DNA from: Klebsormidium nitens
Taxonomy: Eukaryota; Plantae; Klebsormidiophyceae
Assembly: GCA_000708835.1 (NCBI GenBank)
Contig: DF237602.1
Span: forward strand, 1-46,224
Reading direction: 5' to 3'
DNA: 46,224 nt
The notes below the pieces were generated by a model. The model made no database searches. It was given only the letters and a program-made list of their open reading frames with translations, and was not told where the DNA came from. Below, piece after piece: positions 1 through 11,945 of this stretch; position 1 is the first letter of the stretch; each line of letters begins with the position of its first letter. A program made the position numbers and the translations under genes.

Positions 1-870
1 GGCTCCTGTCTTCCGGCGAAAACCACCAGGTGTCTGACGGGGTTTCCTGAGCAGCCTGGAAGCCAAACACTTCGAGCAGTTCCTCTCCTGCCAATTGCGC
101 TCGCGTTCTCCTGACGAGAATGTGCACTCTCCTGAAGTCTTCGTCCCTGGCCTCAGCTCTAGCACACTTCTCTTCTGCCAGTTTGGTTTGGTACCTTCCT
201 TGCGTAGCCTGAAGCCTCCATTTGAGTTTATCTGACAGCACTGCCCTGTCTTGCCTGGTCAGCAGCCCGAGCTGGTCGAGTTTCTCTTCAGCGATTCTAA
301 AAAGAGGTAGTCAGGAAACTCCACACCTTGGCATGCGTCAAATTCCCCAACCGCATCGACCAGAGCCGGACCTAGAGCGTTCAGGAACGCATCACTGAGT
401 CTCCTCTTGGCCACATTCAGGAAAAGCTGCTTTTCGAGCGAGTCGCTGACTTCTTCATCTGCTTCCAGGGCTGAGAAGTCTCTTCCATCGAAGGCTTGCA
501 CCACAACCTTGAATGGCGTTTTTTCGAGGGCCTGGACGGGCGCCCTGTGCCCCTCACCCGCTGCGCCCCACTGCTGTAAGTTCATGCACTCTTTTCTCAC
601 AATGCTGTCCAAATTTCTATCGCGCAAATTGCATGGTGTCCAGCGCCCCAAAAAGCTCTTCTGAAACTCCTTCCAGCTCAAACTCCGAATGCTGAAATAC
701 GAAGTTCCTTCTCTCTCTTTTGAGCTTAAAGTCGAGTCGAGTTTAGATCGAGCATTGCGGTCGATGTTCACGTGGCACAAATCGACGGCTCTGAAAAGTA
801 TTCCTTTAGCGAAGAACAGGCTGGCAACGAGGACGTTGCCGAGGATTCGGGGGGGGACTAGCTGTAACAC
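1..870 (-). mobile_element. Degenerate retrotransposon gag-like coding remnant, frameshifted at 299-303, continuing off the window
   Basis: ORF 259..870 contains SWKEFQKSFLGRWTP...ECMNLQQWG and DAFLNALGPALVDAV, resembling the retrotransposon gag pattern WxxFxxxFLxRF...LxQ.G...FxxGL. A second frame (LFRIAEEKLDQLGLLTRQ...) takes over at the A5 run 299-303 and stays open to position 1. No LTR, PBS or pol domain is visible. Confidence 0.35.
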
Positions 871-1035
871 GTGGCAGCTCAGTATCCTTTTTGGACGATT
901 ATAAGCCGTCGATCATAATCTGTCATATTCGTGTTCGTTCATTCTAAGCCATTAACGGCTAGTCTATCCAATAGGAACGTTGAGACTCTTGCTGCTCAGC
1001 CTTAGCTATGTTGTCCAGTCTGCACAGGTCTGCCG

Positions 1036-1063
1036 TGAGCTCGGATCTGAGGATCCGAGCTCA
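1036..1063. repeat. Perfect 12-bp inverted repeat with 4-nt loop
   Basis: tgagctcggatc (1036-1047), tgag, gatccgagctca (1052-1063). Confidence 0.85.
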
Positions 1064-1520
1064 ACCTATAAATGGTGAATCTCTTCACCTTCAGGGCTCA
1101 TTCTCGGATTCCTGGAATTCTTGAAAGTTGACAAGAGCTCTGCTTTCTTCTCTAGACGCTTATCAGCTAGCCTATGCCTTGTAAAAATCAGAGCTTTTCC
1201 TAGTGAAAAGAGCTTCCGATTACACCTATGATGCCTATGATACCTCCTCGCAGAATGTACACACCATTGGCCGGGAAGAAGGAGAACCGGCTGGACTTGT
1301 AGAACCGGTAGTCCTCCTGGTTAGCGGCCAACCTACGCAACCCAGCCTGAGCTACTAGCAGCTGATCGAAAGTACGCGCGCGTCTAGATTACGAGCTGAA
1401 TGTGTGGATCCAGATTGAGCTCGCAGCACTGGCATTGCACCATTAGACACAGCTTTTCAGCATCCTCCAGCAGAGCATTGTGGTTTTGCCGCTGCAGGGG
1501 TCTGCTTCTTTCGATGGTCA

Positions 1521-1943
1521 ATGCCGGCAAGCAAACCCCAGCTGCACGAAATAACCATGCAGATTGAGATCACAGAAAGCACCTTTCAGCTGAGCTTCAC
1601 TTCGTTCCTGGACAAACTGCTTGCCCTCGTCTTCTTGCCTACAAGCATCCCCCTGAATGACATCCAGCTGCCTCTCCTTAATTACGAAGACTACAAGTGG
1701 CACTGGGGGTTACGAGTAGGAACATCCCTCCCTGGAATCTTCACCGACGCAAGACGATACTTTGGCTTTTGGGGGGACTATGAGTTCATTCACACGCACT
1801 ACAGACCCCCCGGAAATATCTTGATTGAGACGAAAGCGGGTCGACTGAAAAGAGCGCTGGTTGAGCTGGATGAAGGGATAGATGTGGGGATTTTGAGGGA
1901 GCAGATCACAGCGGCGGTGCGGAGGGCTCAGCACCTTAGCTGA
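1521..1943 (+). CDS. Hypothetical 140-aa ORF, unrecognised
   Basis: ATG-started ORF with protein-like composition; no motif recognised; lies antisense and upstream of the gag-like remnant. Confidence 0.25.
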   Translation: MPASKPQLHEITMQIEITESTFQLSFTSFLDKLLALVFLPTSIPLNDIQLPLLNYEDYKWHWGLRVGTSLPGIFTDARRYFGFWGDYEFIHTHYRPPGNILIETKAGRLKRALVELDEGIDVGILREQITAAVRRAQHLS

Positions 1944-4362
1944 TGGGGCAGCCGAATTAGGGTGACTCTCTGTCTATTGCAGGTAAGCAACGCCCTTTTG
2001 ATACAACGAATGCAGCACGGACGAATCTTAGCTGGTAGCTAGTAGTGTGCTTGTGCTGGTTGATACGTCTGGCATTATCTTCCGGTAAGTAGCTGCGAGC
2101 GATGGAGGCTTGGCATCAAGAAATGTCTGAGCGTTCCGTCGGCCATGGAAGAAGCCCTGAGTGAGTCTCACTGGTTGAAGCTGCACTCATGATGCAGGAT
2201 GTTGTCTTGGCATCTCTCCAATGAGTGTGAAACGATTTCAATAGATCCTGTAGCACCAAACAAGTCAGCACAGAAACGAAGTAACACTTAGAAGGAATAA
2301 CGCCCCAGAAGGACCAACGCTCAAACTTCGAAGCTCAAGGGAGGCCAAGGCCCAGTTCTTGCTCCTCTACGTAGTCAGTGATACAGCCAGCCCACCCTGC
2401 CTAAAACAAGCGAAATAATCAAGTGTTTAGGTCGTTGATGAGGCCAGCTTGCTCTGCCAAAAGGCATCCCAAAGCCTCACTTGATTGATGTGGCCTTCGA
2501 ACAATGACAATCTCGTGTTCCTGGTTGGAGCTGCACTCAGCGACTATCTCAGATTGAAAGATGATCGTCAGGTTTTGTCTTGACACGTCCGGTTCACAAC
2601 GGAGGAAGCAAGTGCACGAGGTAAACGGATTAAGTGTCCATCTTTCTTCTCATTTCTTTGCTCGTGTTTGCACATGCATGGACCGGGTCTGTAGGAGTCT
2701 GACTGGTGGCTGACCCAATTCTGCTTTGTTTCAAAAATTGTTCCGCAGCAGATTTGTGTTTTCGGCTCAAGAAGCGATGTAGCCTGAACAATCCGGACGG
2801 CGCAGCCGTATGCAGATTGGCCAGGATGCGCAAATGGGCCGCGGGAGGAACAGACAAGCGGAAACACAATTGCAATTTCAGGAGAGAAACCTTTTCAATG
2901 TGTCCTTCTAATCCACTTTCGTCAATTTCTGCAGACGTACTAAGGTCGTCCACCCGACCATGTGCGAACCACGTGATGCTCGAGATCGTACGTACCACGC
3001 AACGCGTCAAAACCGTACGTCGTAGACAGTCGAACATTGTCAGACTGGCTCTTCCAAGGCTCTTTCACTACTAAGCCGTAAGGGCGCTGCTTGTTTCAGG
3101 TTGAGATTGTTTCAGGTCACCGATGGGACGGCTGCAACCTTCTAAGAGCCGAACTTCGAATAATGGAGGGGCCGACTGCCCTTGTTAGGACCGATACAAA
3201 AGGATCTGATACTAGAATGTAGAACTGCTGTGTATATTGCTACTGCCTAGAATTGTGAACTCCATTGCGACGCGGGCTTCATGTGGAAGCGGCTCAACTT
3301 TTGCCAGACGGCAACCGGTGATTAATGTGTTGAAAGGACGGTTCGTGACCATTCCAGTATGCCTTACTGACGTCAAGTCGGCTCCTTGAAAGCTGCTGTC
3401 GGCAGATGTTGCAAGCCAGATCCAGTCTTCATAAGGTTTTCCAACTAAATCTAATGTGGCTTCTTGATTTCGTGAGGCGAGGTCCCTAACTACACCATTC
3501 GTTGGTCAATATTCGGCGGGGTGCGTTGGTTAAGCGACTCGCTTGCTTATCGAATATGCACCAGACGGCCTTGCAGAAATCTCTGGCTTCTTGCTGCTTA
3601 CAGAGCGTACTGTCATTGCGTGTGTGCTGCTAGCGGCAATTTTCGTCCATTATCATAGTATCCGCTCGAGCTGCTCATTGCAGTACGTGAAAGCGCCGAT
3701 TGTTCTGTGGTGAACTGAAGACCGATATATATCAGGCCGGGCTGTCGATATCGCTTATAACGCTGTTACGTGCACCATACATATTCAGCCAGCAAATGGC
3801 TTCGATAATGATGGCAATACAATGATGTACGGCACCTGCAAGATTGTGCCGTCAATTTCATGCAGGCGGCTTCACAATTATAACATTCCCGTATCGGCGT
3901 TTATGTCTGATGTTTTGCCCAATTTATGAATCTTAGCGGGACAACTATGAATAGCCTAGCAGCTGCGATCGCGGCCTTAAAGCCCGTAGCAAATCGGATG
4001 CCCGACCTACGTGTTCTCTGGGCTTCTTGCCTAGGGAACTAGTAGCAGATTCCTGAGAGAGAAAGGTCTTGTGCGCATACTAATCCCAGCACATACGATG
4101 AAGCAAACATCGTGACAATTGGAATGAGATAATGGACGAGTACCTTTGAAGTTTGACCTCATGCATATGGGGCAGGCTGAGCGACCATTGACGGAGTGTC
4201 TAGTTTCCTAGACATGAAGGACTTTAGGCACCTTCTGTGGACTTTGCAATCGAAGGTAGCATTAACGACCTGGGTTCATTTGTATAATTTCCGTATGTGG
4301 CTACGAGCCTACTATTTCAAACCTGTAACGAAGTTTGCTGGCCACATATTTGTTTCCCTCCT

Positions 4363-5858
4363 TCAAGCTTCCTCCACCTTGATTTCCTCAAGGGCACGAA
4401 CGTACGCATCCTTCTGTCTACGAATGAGAATCGTTGTGACGGACGCCAGAACGCCTACGAGCACAGCCGAAGATGACACTACCACACTCAAAGCTTCGAC
4501 GGGATTGAAAGGCGGGGCGTCTGGTTGTGTTGCCGTTTGTAGGATGGTTGCCAGGGGTAAAATCAGGGGTGAGGCATACGAAAGGGCGAATCCCGATTGC
4601 GGAAGAAGCTCCCACTCAGGGACGGGGACGGGCAGGGGAAGCTGCCGGGGCATCGGCAGGATGACGATCCGTTTGAAGTTGAGACTGAAGGCGAACGGGT
4701 GGAGTCGCCAACCGAGGCCGGGGCACAGCGCGCGGAGGAGCGCCGTAAGCAGAGACAGGTCTTCGCGCGTTTCGCAGGGCGGTAGTTTCTCCCGGGCGGC
4801 TTCTTCTAGCACCTTTAACAGGGATTGTGTCTCGGGGACCAGGCTCCCGAGCAGCGCCAGGGACAAAGCGGCTTCCCACCAGACCGCGGTAGGGCCTTGT
4901 AGAAGCGGTGTGAATAAGGGGTTTGAGCCAAGGGCGATGGCGAGAAGGGGCAGGGGCTGTGGAAGGGCGAAGAAGGAAATGGCCAAAAGCAAGGGATGCC
5001 AATCCCATGGGGCGGAATGCTCCAATAACCAGTAAACTTGGTATGCTAACCCGCCGTAAACCCCTGCGGTGACCGCGGCTTTTAGCAGCGTGGTCGCCGT
5101 CCTCCTGGCTCCAGTAACTAGGTAGGACGTAACCAGGTCGGATGAAGTCTGGTTGACGTCAAATTCAGTGCCCGGGACGAAGGGACCCGGCTCGGGGAAT
5201 GTCCACTGAGAAACCTTTGTGACCGAGTTGTAGTAGAAGGTCAGCTCCTCGGTTGGGTCGTACAGGTTGTGCCATTCGGGGGAGAGCTCTGGCTCACGCA
5301 GCTGGAAGTGGCCCTTCTTGGCACTCACTCCCAGCTGCCAGTACAAGCCCACACATTCGCAGCGTCTATAAGCAAGCGCCAGGGCTCTTGTGTGACTACC
5401 TCCAAGTCGTGAATCAGGCTATCGAAGCTTGTTACAACGATGAAGAGATAGAGAAAGAGCCAAGGAGAGGGGCCCCAGTCGGTGCTGGGGGACTTGAGAG
5501 GGAACCGTCTGTTCTGCTTGGAGACGCTCGGCGGGCCTTGGAGGTCGAAGCTGCTGAGCCGGACTCGCGTGAGTTTGGTGGATCTTCTCAGGGTCCTGAA
5601 CATGAAGCTGCATCTGGCTTCTCTGCTGCCGAGAGTTGCGGATTGACCGAAATGCTTTACACAAGGAGGACCGCGTGATACTTGCTGTGTCTCCCTCCGT
5701 TGGACTTGGAAAGTCATCGTTTGTAGGCTGCAGCAAGCTTCAGTCTTCAAGGAACCTAAAGACCCTGAGCACGTAGCAACGCTCGAAAGTGGGGTTAGAA
5801 CAACGCCCTTGTAAGCAAGCAAGACTGGCTGTGTCAGCATTTGAGTAAGCGCAGCCAT
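4363..5858 (-). CDS. WW-domain multi-pass membrane protein, paralog 1 (intronless; apparent 1-nt frameshift at 5348-5350; ~498 aa if repaired)
   Basis: ORF 5325..5858 (ATG 5858; ...PSTDWGPS) joins ORF 4363..5352 (WW motif LSPEWHNLYDPTEELTFYYNSVTKVSQWTFP; LPQPLP; LCPGLGWRLHPFA; PVPVPEWELLP) if one base is added to the run at 5348-5350. Collinear with paralogs 2-4. Confidence 0.8.
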
Positions 5859-6395
5859 CTGACCTTCTGCAAGTTACTTCCTGACCACAGCGGCGGCAGA
5901 GTCAACTCTGAATCCCCGTTTTTATGTGTCTACTAGGCAGAAACGCAGCTGCTTGCGGATGGACGATGCTTTGCGAATATGAAAGGCGCAGGAAGATGAA
6001 ACTTTGTGCCAAAGAGCCTCGTCGCGCATGCCGCGCGGCCGCGCTGATTCAAGCCTGTGGAAGGGTTTGGCGAGGTCGACGGTGAAGCCATTTCCGTGTG
6101 CGCGCGCACCAGTGCGCACATGCCACTGCCGCGCGCCTGAGGGTCGGCGCGGCCGCTGAGTTGGAACCCGGCCGGCGCGCCGCCTGGGGCCAGACTCCGT
6201 TCTTAAACCTTCGTTGCGTCACCAGCGTCCGCGTCACATCATAAACAGACTAGGCCAAGGCGCCTGATCAGTTCACAATCAGCAGCCCCAACATTGAACA
6301 CACGTTTTCTGACTTTTATTATTCTTGCCGCCAGAAAGGAGACGCCGGCCACAACGTCATATGAGCAACCTGCTCGAAAGAAAACTTAGGCAAGC
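5859..6395. promoter_or_regulatory. Putative shared promoter of head-to-head paralogs 1 and 2
   Basis: Short intergenic gap between divergent starts, with a GC/CpG-rich core (about 6020-6200; repeated GCGCGC and GCGGCCGC). Confidence 0.4.
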
Positions 6396-8108
6396 ATGTC
6401 TTGCAGTCTGCTGTATGGAGGCGCTGGTGTGGCGATCATGCGGAGCACTTGTATCAGGTCAAGGGTAGGGAGGAGAAATCAAAAGATGGACAAGAGTCAC
6501 CTTTCAAGGCCGTGCAATGAGGCTTTCTCTCCGCCTTATGGAACTAGCATGAAAGTTGGCTTTGTTCAGCAAAGCAGCTATTATATATATTTCATCATTA
6601 GCTTTCAGGGCTCTTAAAAAACCGATGAACGGAAGGGGTGTCACAGATGGGAGAGTCCAAGGAGCAGGGACTTGCAGGCTTCGAGGTACGAACGGACGTC
6701 AGATGAGGTGCGGCTGGCTCTCTACTGCTGCTCAGAATAGGGGACACAGCTCCGCGGCATTGACAATCACTAGGCTGGTGCTTGGTAGTCCCAACTGCAG
6801 CGAAAATCCGCTAGAAAAGCCACCAGCTGATCCCCCGAGCTCAGATTGGGGACTTTCTTTCTTCACCGTCTCCTTCTTCGGCGTTTCTCTCCTTTCGGCG
6901 GCTCTCATGTTCTGCGCCCGCGACGCGACCCTCTTCACTCTCGCGCTGATGCTCGTGCTGGCAGTCGTTTCGTTTACCATCGCTTATAATCCGCTCGAGG
7001 AAGACGCAAAGAAGGGCGAGTTCCAGCCTCGACAACCGGGGCTTCCACCCGGGTGGCACAACCTGTATCACCGTGAAGAACAGCTCACCTTCTACTACAA
7101 CTCGGAAACGAAAGTCTCCCAGTGGGAGGCCCCCGAGCTTCTGATCTCGCCAGCAGCCCCTGACGTCAGCCAGACGTCAGACGATCTGGTAGCATCCTAC
7201 GTTGGTCACGCGATAGAGAAGCTGTGCTCTGTTCTGCTGAAGCTCCCGTCACCGTTGGCCTGTATCTTGCCCCCCTGTACGAAATCCTCTGGCTTCTGCG
7301 CCACGCTGGACGCTTCGGGGTTTGGACGTCCGGGGTTTTAGCCGCGGCCGCGGCCGCGCTGCCGCAGCCCCTCCCGGCGCTCGTGCTCGCGCTCAGTCCC
7401 CTCCCCTTCGGGGTGGAAAGCAGCACCTTCGACTTCTTCCAATGGACCGTGACTGTCGGGGTTTTTTGGGAGAGTGTTCTCTGCCTGGCGCTTCTTGCGA
7501 GCATCGGCTATGAGATCCAATCGCTTATGGCGACGTTGAAGCGCGCGGCGCGCGCGCGACTGCCGCCGTGCGAACCGGCCGGGGACTCGTCTCTCATCAC
7601 CAACCTGTTCTGCGCGTTGTGCCCCTCGCTCGGGTGGAGGCTTCACCCGTTCGCGTTTGGCCTCAGCTTCCGGCGGATCGTCATTTTGCCGCTTCCCAGC
7701 AAAGTTCCGTTTCCGGTTCCGGTCCCTCGGTGGGAGCTTCTACCGGGCACTTTGGTCGCCTTTCTCTACATTGCCCCCATGATTCTTCCACTGGTGAGGT
7801 GCCTTGCAGCAGCGGCCGAGAGGTCCCAAGCACTTGGCCCGAGCACCTTGCTTAGAATTCTGCTGTCGTCGCCTGTCGTTTACGTAGGAGTGTTTGCGGC
7901 GGTTGCAACGGCGCTCATTCGCTGGCAGAAAGAGGCGTACGAAAGAGCGCTTGCTGAGTTTGAGAGGACGAGTGAACGGACGGAACTGCAGGAGACAATG
8001 TCTGGGAAGATTGAGGGAGGTGAAAGTCGGCCTGGGGTTTTGGATGATGCTTTCGAAAACCTGCTGAAGAAGGACTTTGACGCGAGGCTAGGTGGTGGTG
8101 GTCCGTAA
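6396..8108 (+). CDS. WW-domain multi-pass membrane protein, paralog 2 (apparent 1-nt frameshift at 7245-7247; 5' end uncertain)
   Basis: ORF 6556..7341 (PPSSDWG; WW LPPGWHNLY...FYYNSETKVSQWEAP) joins ORF 7224..8108 at CTC CC GTC, where LKLP-VTVGLY matches paralog 3 LKLPVTLLLY. Possible first exon 6396-6457 plus intron 6458-6608 (phase-compatible, ~520 aa); alternative ATG at 6625. Confidence 0.8.
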
Positions 8109-8955
8109 ATTGGTTATACATCGAGGATCTTATTCGCATGTTTCAGATGCGACGTACAACGTCACATCTTAAGTGAATAGCTCCGCTCTTCAATGCTCGT
8201 ATACTTTGCTGCTGGGAAATCTGTTACATCTCACGCTTTATGCACGATTGGAAAGGTTCACGAAGTCAGTCTTTTTCTTTTGTGGAGGGCAAACCTGTTG
8301 CGTGGATTCGAGTTGGTTCATTGCATCAATTGCAACTAAGAAGGGGGCTGTTTGATTTGTAGAGGGTTCAGAGTGTCCGTACTCAGCATGCTTGCAGTCT
8401 GTCGTCTCGAAAGATTTTCACCTTTTCTTTCTCGGTGCTTGGATGCGCAACATCATCTTGGCGCGTGTCACTGATTACGTGAGTCCAAACTTTCTTCAAG
8501 CAATAGGAATCCAATCCGCATGCAAGCGAAAGACATGCGAGCCTGGCAAACCGCGTATGCAGCTTGGACAAAAGCGACCAGTGTCCAGATAACCGTCCCT
8601 TGATTCGCACAAGCATGACGTCTTTCTAGCTAAGTGCATCCAATCGAGATACTTGAGTATAACATGTCAACTTGGGTGCCACGTAACGCACTGGCGTCAA
8701 CTTTCTGAGACCATAGGTAGACAGTCGCAAATCATGCAGATTTACGACATGCGCAATTTTGCCGGCGGTTTCCATGTGGAGCTACTTAGCCGCCTATGTT
8801 TCGTGCACTTGCAGATTTTACGACTTGCTGTCTTGAGAGCTCATGTCTCAATCGAATCTGCCCTAGCTCACTATGGACACGTAAGCAACACAAGATGCAC
8901 ATTATGATTGCTTGTTGAGGAACTCAACAGCATCCAACTTGGGTGATGACTGGCG

Positions 8956-8984
8956 GCGCCAGTGGGCAGGCCCCCCACTGGCGC
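8956..8984. repeat. GC-rich 11-bp hairpin
   Basis: gcgccagtggg (8956-8966), 7-nt loop, cccactggcgc (8974-8984). Confidence 0.8.
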
Positions 8985-9644
8985 GGCCGCGCGCCCTGGA
9001 GGTGATGCAGACTACACAGCCGCGATAATATTTGTCGCTGGATGCAGTGATGCACATCATTGGGGGCCCCCGTTCATGTGTCTGATGATCACGTACGGGC
9101 AGAACGTTAAGGAATGGGCTCTTCTGAAGGTTCAAGGTTGAGACAAACATGTAAGACATGATAATACTCTGATGTGTGCTTCAACGGCTTGAATCGACTG
9201 GATTTTCGCAGCAGGAATTTCCACCGTTACGCTACGTTAAGGATCTTTCCTTGTGAGAACGCCACCGAAGCAAAATGTTTTAGGACGTAAGCCATATGGG
9301 CTGTCAGAAACAATTGAGAGGACGATGCGTCTTTCTTACAACAGAAACGTTACCAAATCTTGCAAGCTTGCTGCATTATACCTATAACCACAGCTCGTCC
9401 AGTGATGCAACTTCCCTACAGCCTGTGACTCGCATAACTGAGAATGCTAGTTCAATCAAACGCTTCAATACCATACGGCTGACCAACACATTGTTTACAG
9501 CGATTCAACATGCACACGTCTTTCATTTCCAGTGACTAAATCTCGAGCCTTACGACTCAACCTGAGTATTGCTTACGTGTCTTGAATTGTACACAACATC
9601 TGAATCTTATCTGACGAAAACTCTGATCAAAACAGCAACACAGT

Positions 9645-11945
9645 TCAATCGTCCTGGGGCCCGAGTCTTTTGTCGAAGTCGTCCTTCCACCTCTCCTCAA
9701 TATCTTCCAACAAGAGCAGCGAATTCGACTGGTCTGCTTTCTCCTCCTTTCCTAAGTTCTCCCCAGCCGCTTTCTCGCGCTCTGATTCCCATTCCATCAA
9801 CGCACTTTCGTAAGCTTCCTTCTGCTTCCGAATCAGTACTGTGGCCACGGATACAAAGACCCCCACCCACACAGCCGGAGACGAAATCACCGCTTCAATG
9901 AAGACTCCCGGTTCAAGGGCGCCTTCTGTCGCCTTCGAAACGACGTTGAAAAACTTCATGTAGGCACTCCGTTCAGGCGCCTGGGCGACCTCTATCGGCG
10001 TCGAAAGCGCTCTTGCCAAGGGGAGCACCAGGGGTGAGGCGAACAAAAGGGCGACCAACGACCCCGGTAGAAGCTCCCACCGCGGAACGGGCACCCGAAG
10101 CGGAACTTTGCACAGGAACGGAACGATCACGATCCGCTCGAAGTTGAGGGTGAGGGCGAACGGGTGGAGCTTCCAACCGAGCCCGGGGCAAAGAGCGCAA
10201 ACTAGGTTGGTGAGAAAAGAAGAATCCGCGGTCATCTTGCGGGGGGGGAGTCTCGCTCGGGCGGCTTCGTCTAGTGTTTGTATCAGGGACTGAACCTCTG
10301 AGGCGAGGCTTCCGAGCAGTGCCAGGGACAGGAAAGCCTCCCAACCGACCGCGACTGGGCCGTCGAGGAAAGGCGTGATTGCCGGTTGGGATCCCCCGAG
10401 AGCCAGGATGAGAAGCGGGAGGGGCTGGGGCAGGGCTGCAAAAGAGGGGTAATAAACATGCGTTGAGAAATCGTGACTTTGTTGGGTTAAGACGCTGCCC
10501 AGGGGGACGGGCTGGGTTGGTTTGAGGGTTAAGGTGTTTACGGTGCGGAGCACGTTAACTTCGGCTTTGGTTTACTTCGTCTATGTAAGCCCGGAGAATC
10601 TAAAGTTTGCTGAGCGGTTTCACACGGCAGCTACTTGTGGGAGTGAGAGGAGGACCCGCAGAATCGTGAAAGCCTTGGTTTCTGTCGAGACAGGAATCGG
10701 CTCCAAACTTTCACCGATAAGCGCGCCAAACCACTTACATGAAGCTCAAAATCGGAGGAATCCGTTCAGCATCTTGTCGTCCCACAGCGGAAACATACAA
10801 CGGTTCAGCCGAATTGGGGCGGCATCTAGCCGGAATCTCAGCCAGGAAGTCAGCAGCCGGGTTGATCTGACTCGATCTAGGCCACGGAACCGAAACTTAC
10901 CTGCAACAGCGCTCGCCAGAAGCCAGAAACTCCACCCCCCAATCGTATGGTCTTTGTAGAGCTGGATCAACCACTGGAGCTCGAAGAGAGGGGCGTAATA
11001 CAGCAGCAATGTGACCGGGAGCTTGAGCAATGCGGAGAAGAGCTGCCCGGTTCCGTCCGCCAGGTACGAACCGACCAGCTCGTCTGACGTCACGCTGACG
11101 TCAGGCTCGTCCGGGGGCGTCGGGAGGTCGGGGTACTCCCACTGGGAGGCTTTAGTGACCGAGTTGTAGTAGAACGGGAGCTTCTCTCGGGGGTAGTACA
11201 GGTTGTGCCACTCGGGGGGAAGCTCCGGTCGCCTAGGTTCGAACTGGCCCCTCAGCTCGGCTTCGATTCCGAGTATCTGATAAACGGGAACCGCGAAACA
11301 TGCAATGATGGCTAAAAGGAAGATGAACGCGCTCATGTCCTCCCTGTTGGTTGGGTCGATTTTTCCGGCGATGCACAACTGGATGAGGAACCAGGTCATA
11401 GCAGCTGTGAGGAGGAACGCAATGAATGTGCCTGCAGAAGGGCCCCAATCTGTCGGCGGGGAAGAGTAGGGGACTCTCTCCGGGGGCTCTGGCCGGCTTG
11501 CCTGGGCGCATATGAGGCGTCTCTTTGCCCTGGTACTGCCAGACTGCCTTCCCTGAAGTCTGTTGCTGTGAAATCCTCCCAAAGTGAGGCTTTGATGCCC
11601 CTCTGACAAAGTTCTGAAGCCTGATGGCATGCGGACTATATCTGCTTTGGTTGGATGAACTATTCCTAGCTGGACTCGCTGATGACCTCCCCTGAAGCTC
11701 ATGTGGTTTCCTCGTGCTTTGCAGATGTTAACATTCTGCCCTGCCCTTGTGCAACTCCACAGCTTCTGACGACTTGCAACCCCATGGAATGCGCTGTCTT
11801 GATCAACCAGAGCGACCACCCTACAACGACGCTGGCCACTAGTGTGCAAGCTTGCTGACACAGCGGCTGTGCTGATGCTATGCACACTCCTGGTTTGGGA
11901 GCCAGCAGACACGTGGCCCCCCAGGGCAGCACCTAAAATCACCAT
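9645..11945 (-). CDS. WW-domain multi-pass membrane protein, paralog 3 (exons 11945-10901 and 10435-9645; 611 aa)
   Basis: ATG 11945; donor GCAG|GTAAGT at 10900 and acceptor TTTTGCAG| at 10436; phase-1 join restores SAVA-ALPQPLP as in the paralogs; WW LPPEWHNLY...YYNSVTKASQWEYP; 1836 nt in frame. Confidence 0.9.

Noticed and set aside
2568-3074. Overlapping 100-135 aa ORFs on both strands
   Set aside because: No recognisable domain or splice-consistent model; may be decayed repeat sequence.
4196-5035. Long antisense ORFs over real genes (also 29095..29529, 38055..38855, 13280..13822)
   Set aside because: Shadow frames from GC-rich or repetitive codon usage on the opposite strand; no motifs of their own.
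8943-9085. Possible C/D-box snoRNA (GTGATGA ... CTGA)
   Set aside because: No terminal stem and no recognisable rRNA-complementary guide; kept only as a generic structured island.
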